64,000 nucleotides of DNA from Saccostrea cucullata. Lineage: Eukaryota. The stretch lies in contig NW_026938483.1 of NCBI RefSeq assembly GCF_032062105.1, positions 1 through 64,000 of the forward strand, read 5' to 3'. Under the pieces are notes generated by a model. It saw nothing but the letters and a program-made list of their open reading frames with translations. It searched no databases and was not told the origin of the DNA. Positions within the stretch are counted from its first letter, which is position 1, and each line of letters starts with the position of its first letter. Below are positions 63,339 through 64,000 of this stretch, piece by piece. The position numbers and the translations under genes are program-made.

Positions 63339-64000
63339 ATTTTTTTCCCGAAACTTTTTTTTTTTAACTAAGTGATAGTATTCAGCATGTGAAATGAAAG
63401 ATTTCTGAGGTCTGGCTTGTACAAACTCATAAAATCATCATAACATGTGATAAATATTCTTTATAAAAAGGATCTTCTACACACAAAGAATAATCAATCA
63501 AACCTTTATATCATATTGGCATATTTTATTTGCTTCAGTATACATTTAATAATTCTAAAAATTCAGTCAAGGGGATTTACCCCCCCCCCCCCTCCCCGAA
63601 CTGTGCATGGTTTACTTTTTCCCTAAGCGGGGGACACAAATTCTCTGAATTAGCTTGTTCTAGACAATTTTGCTTCCATTAGTATTATTAAAATGGTAAA
63701 TATGAAAGACAAAAAAACCCATTTATTACTAAAAATGACAACAAATAATATTTTAGTCTTGAGAGAACTCTTGCCGAGGGACGTAAAGCATCTAACGTGG
63801 ATATCCAGGTTATGTTCCAGTGCATATCAAGATGTCGTTTTCTGGTCCAGCAGCTAATTAAAAAGGAGGGGGACCAATTCTACAAGGTACGGACAACAAA
63901 AATCAAAATCCCAGAGAATTTGTAATTGTTGACAAAGCCTTTAGAAAAATTAATACTCGTTAGAAATTGCACTGTAAGTTGGTGTGTAATTTTGACACAC

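Overview
AT-rich, intron-containing animal genomic DNA; the repeat families point to a bivalve, probably an oyster (inference). Bases ~1-23,000 are almost entirely transposon remnants: ~15 fragments of an RT-terminal Penelope-like (Naiad-type) retroelement, Helentron/HINE elements with satellite arrays, a Kolobok-like TTAA element, a MetaSINE-like SINE and MITEs. Four spliced genes can be reconstructed exon by exon: heparanase (-, 10 exons), ADISSP/C20orf27 (-, 4 exons), RSF1 (+, 17 exons, ~2494 aa, head-to-head with ADISSP) and an aminergic class A GPCR (-, 2 coding exons). Main observations: (1) heparanase exon 1 is broken by a 94-bp insertion copied from its own intron 1, 1001 bp away, and removing exactly those 94 bp restores a 523-aa frame; (2) RSF1 intron 14 ends in 13 tandem splice acceptors, of which only the last is productive, while the other 12 all read into one premature stop; (3) related exon/intron-junction duplications recur at other junctions of RSF1, ADISSP and heparanase; (4) the GPCR has a second Asp in TM5, suggesting a diamine ligand; (5) the retroelement 3' tail forms a conserved multi-stem RNA structure. 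All calls were made by eye, without database searches.
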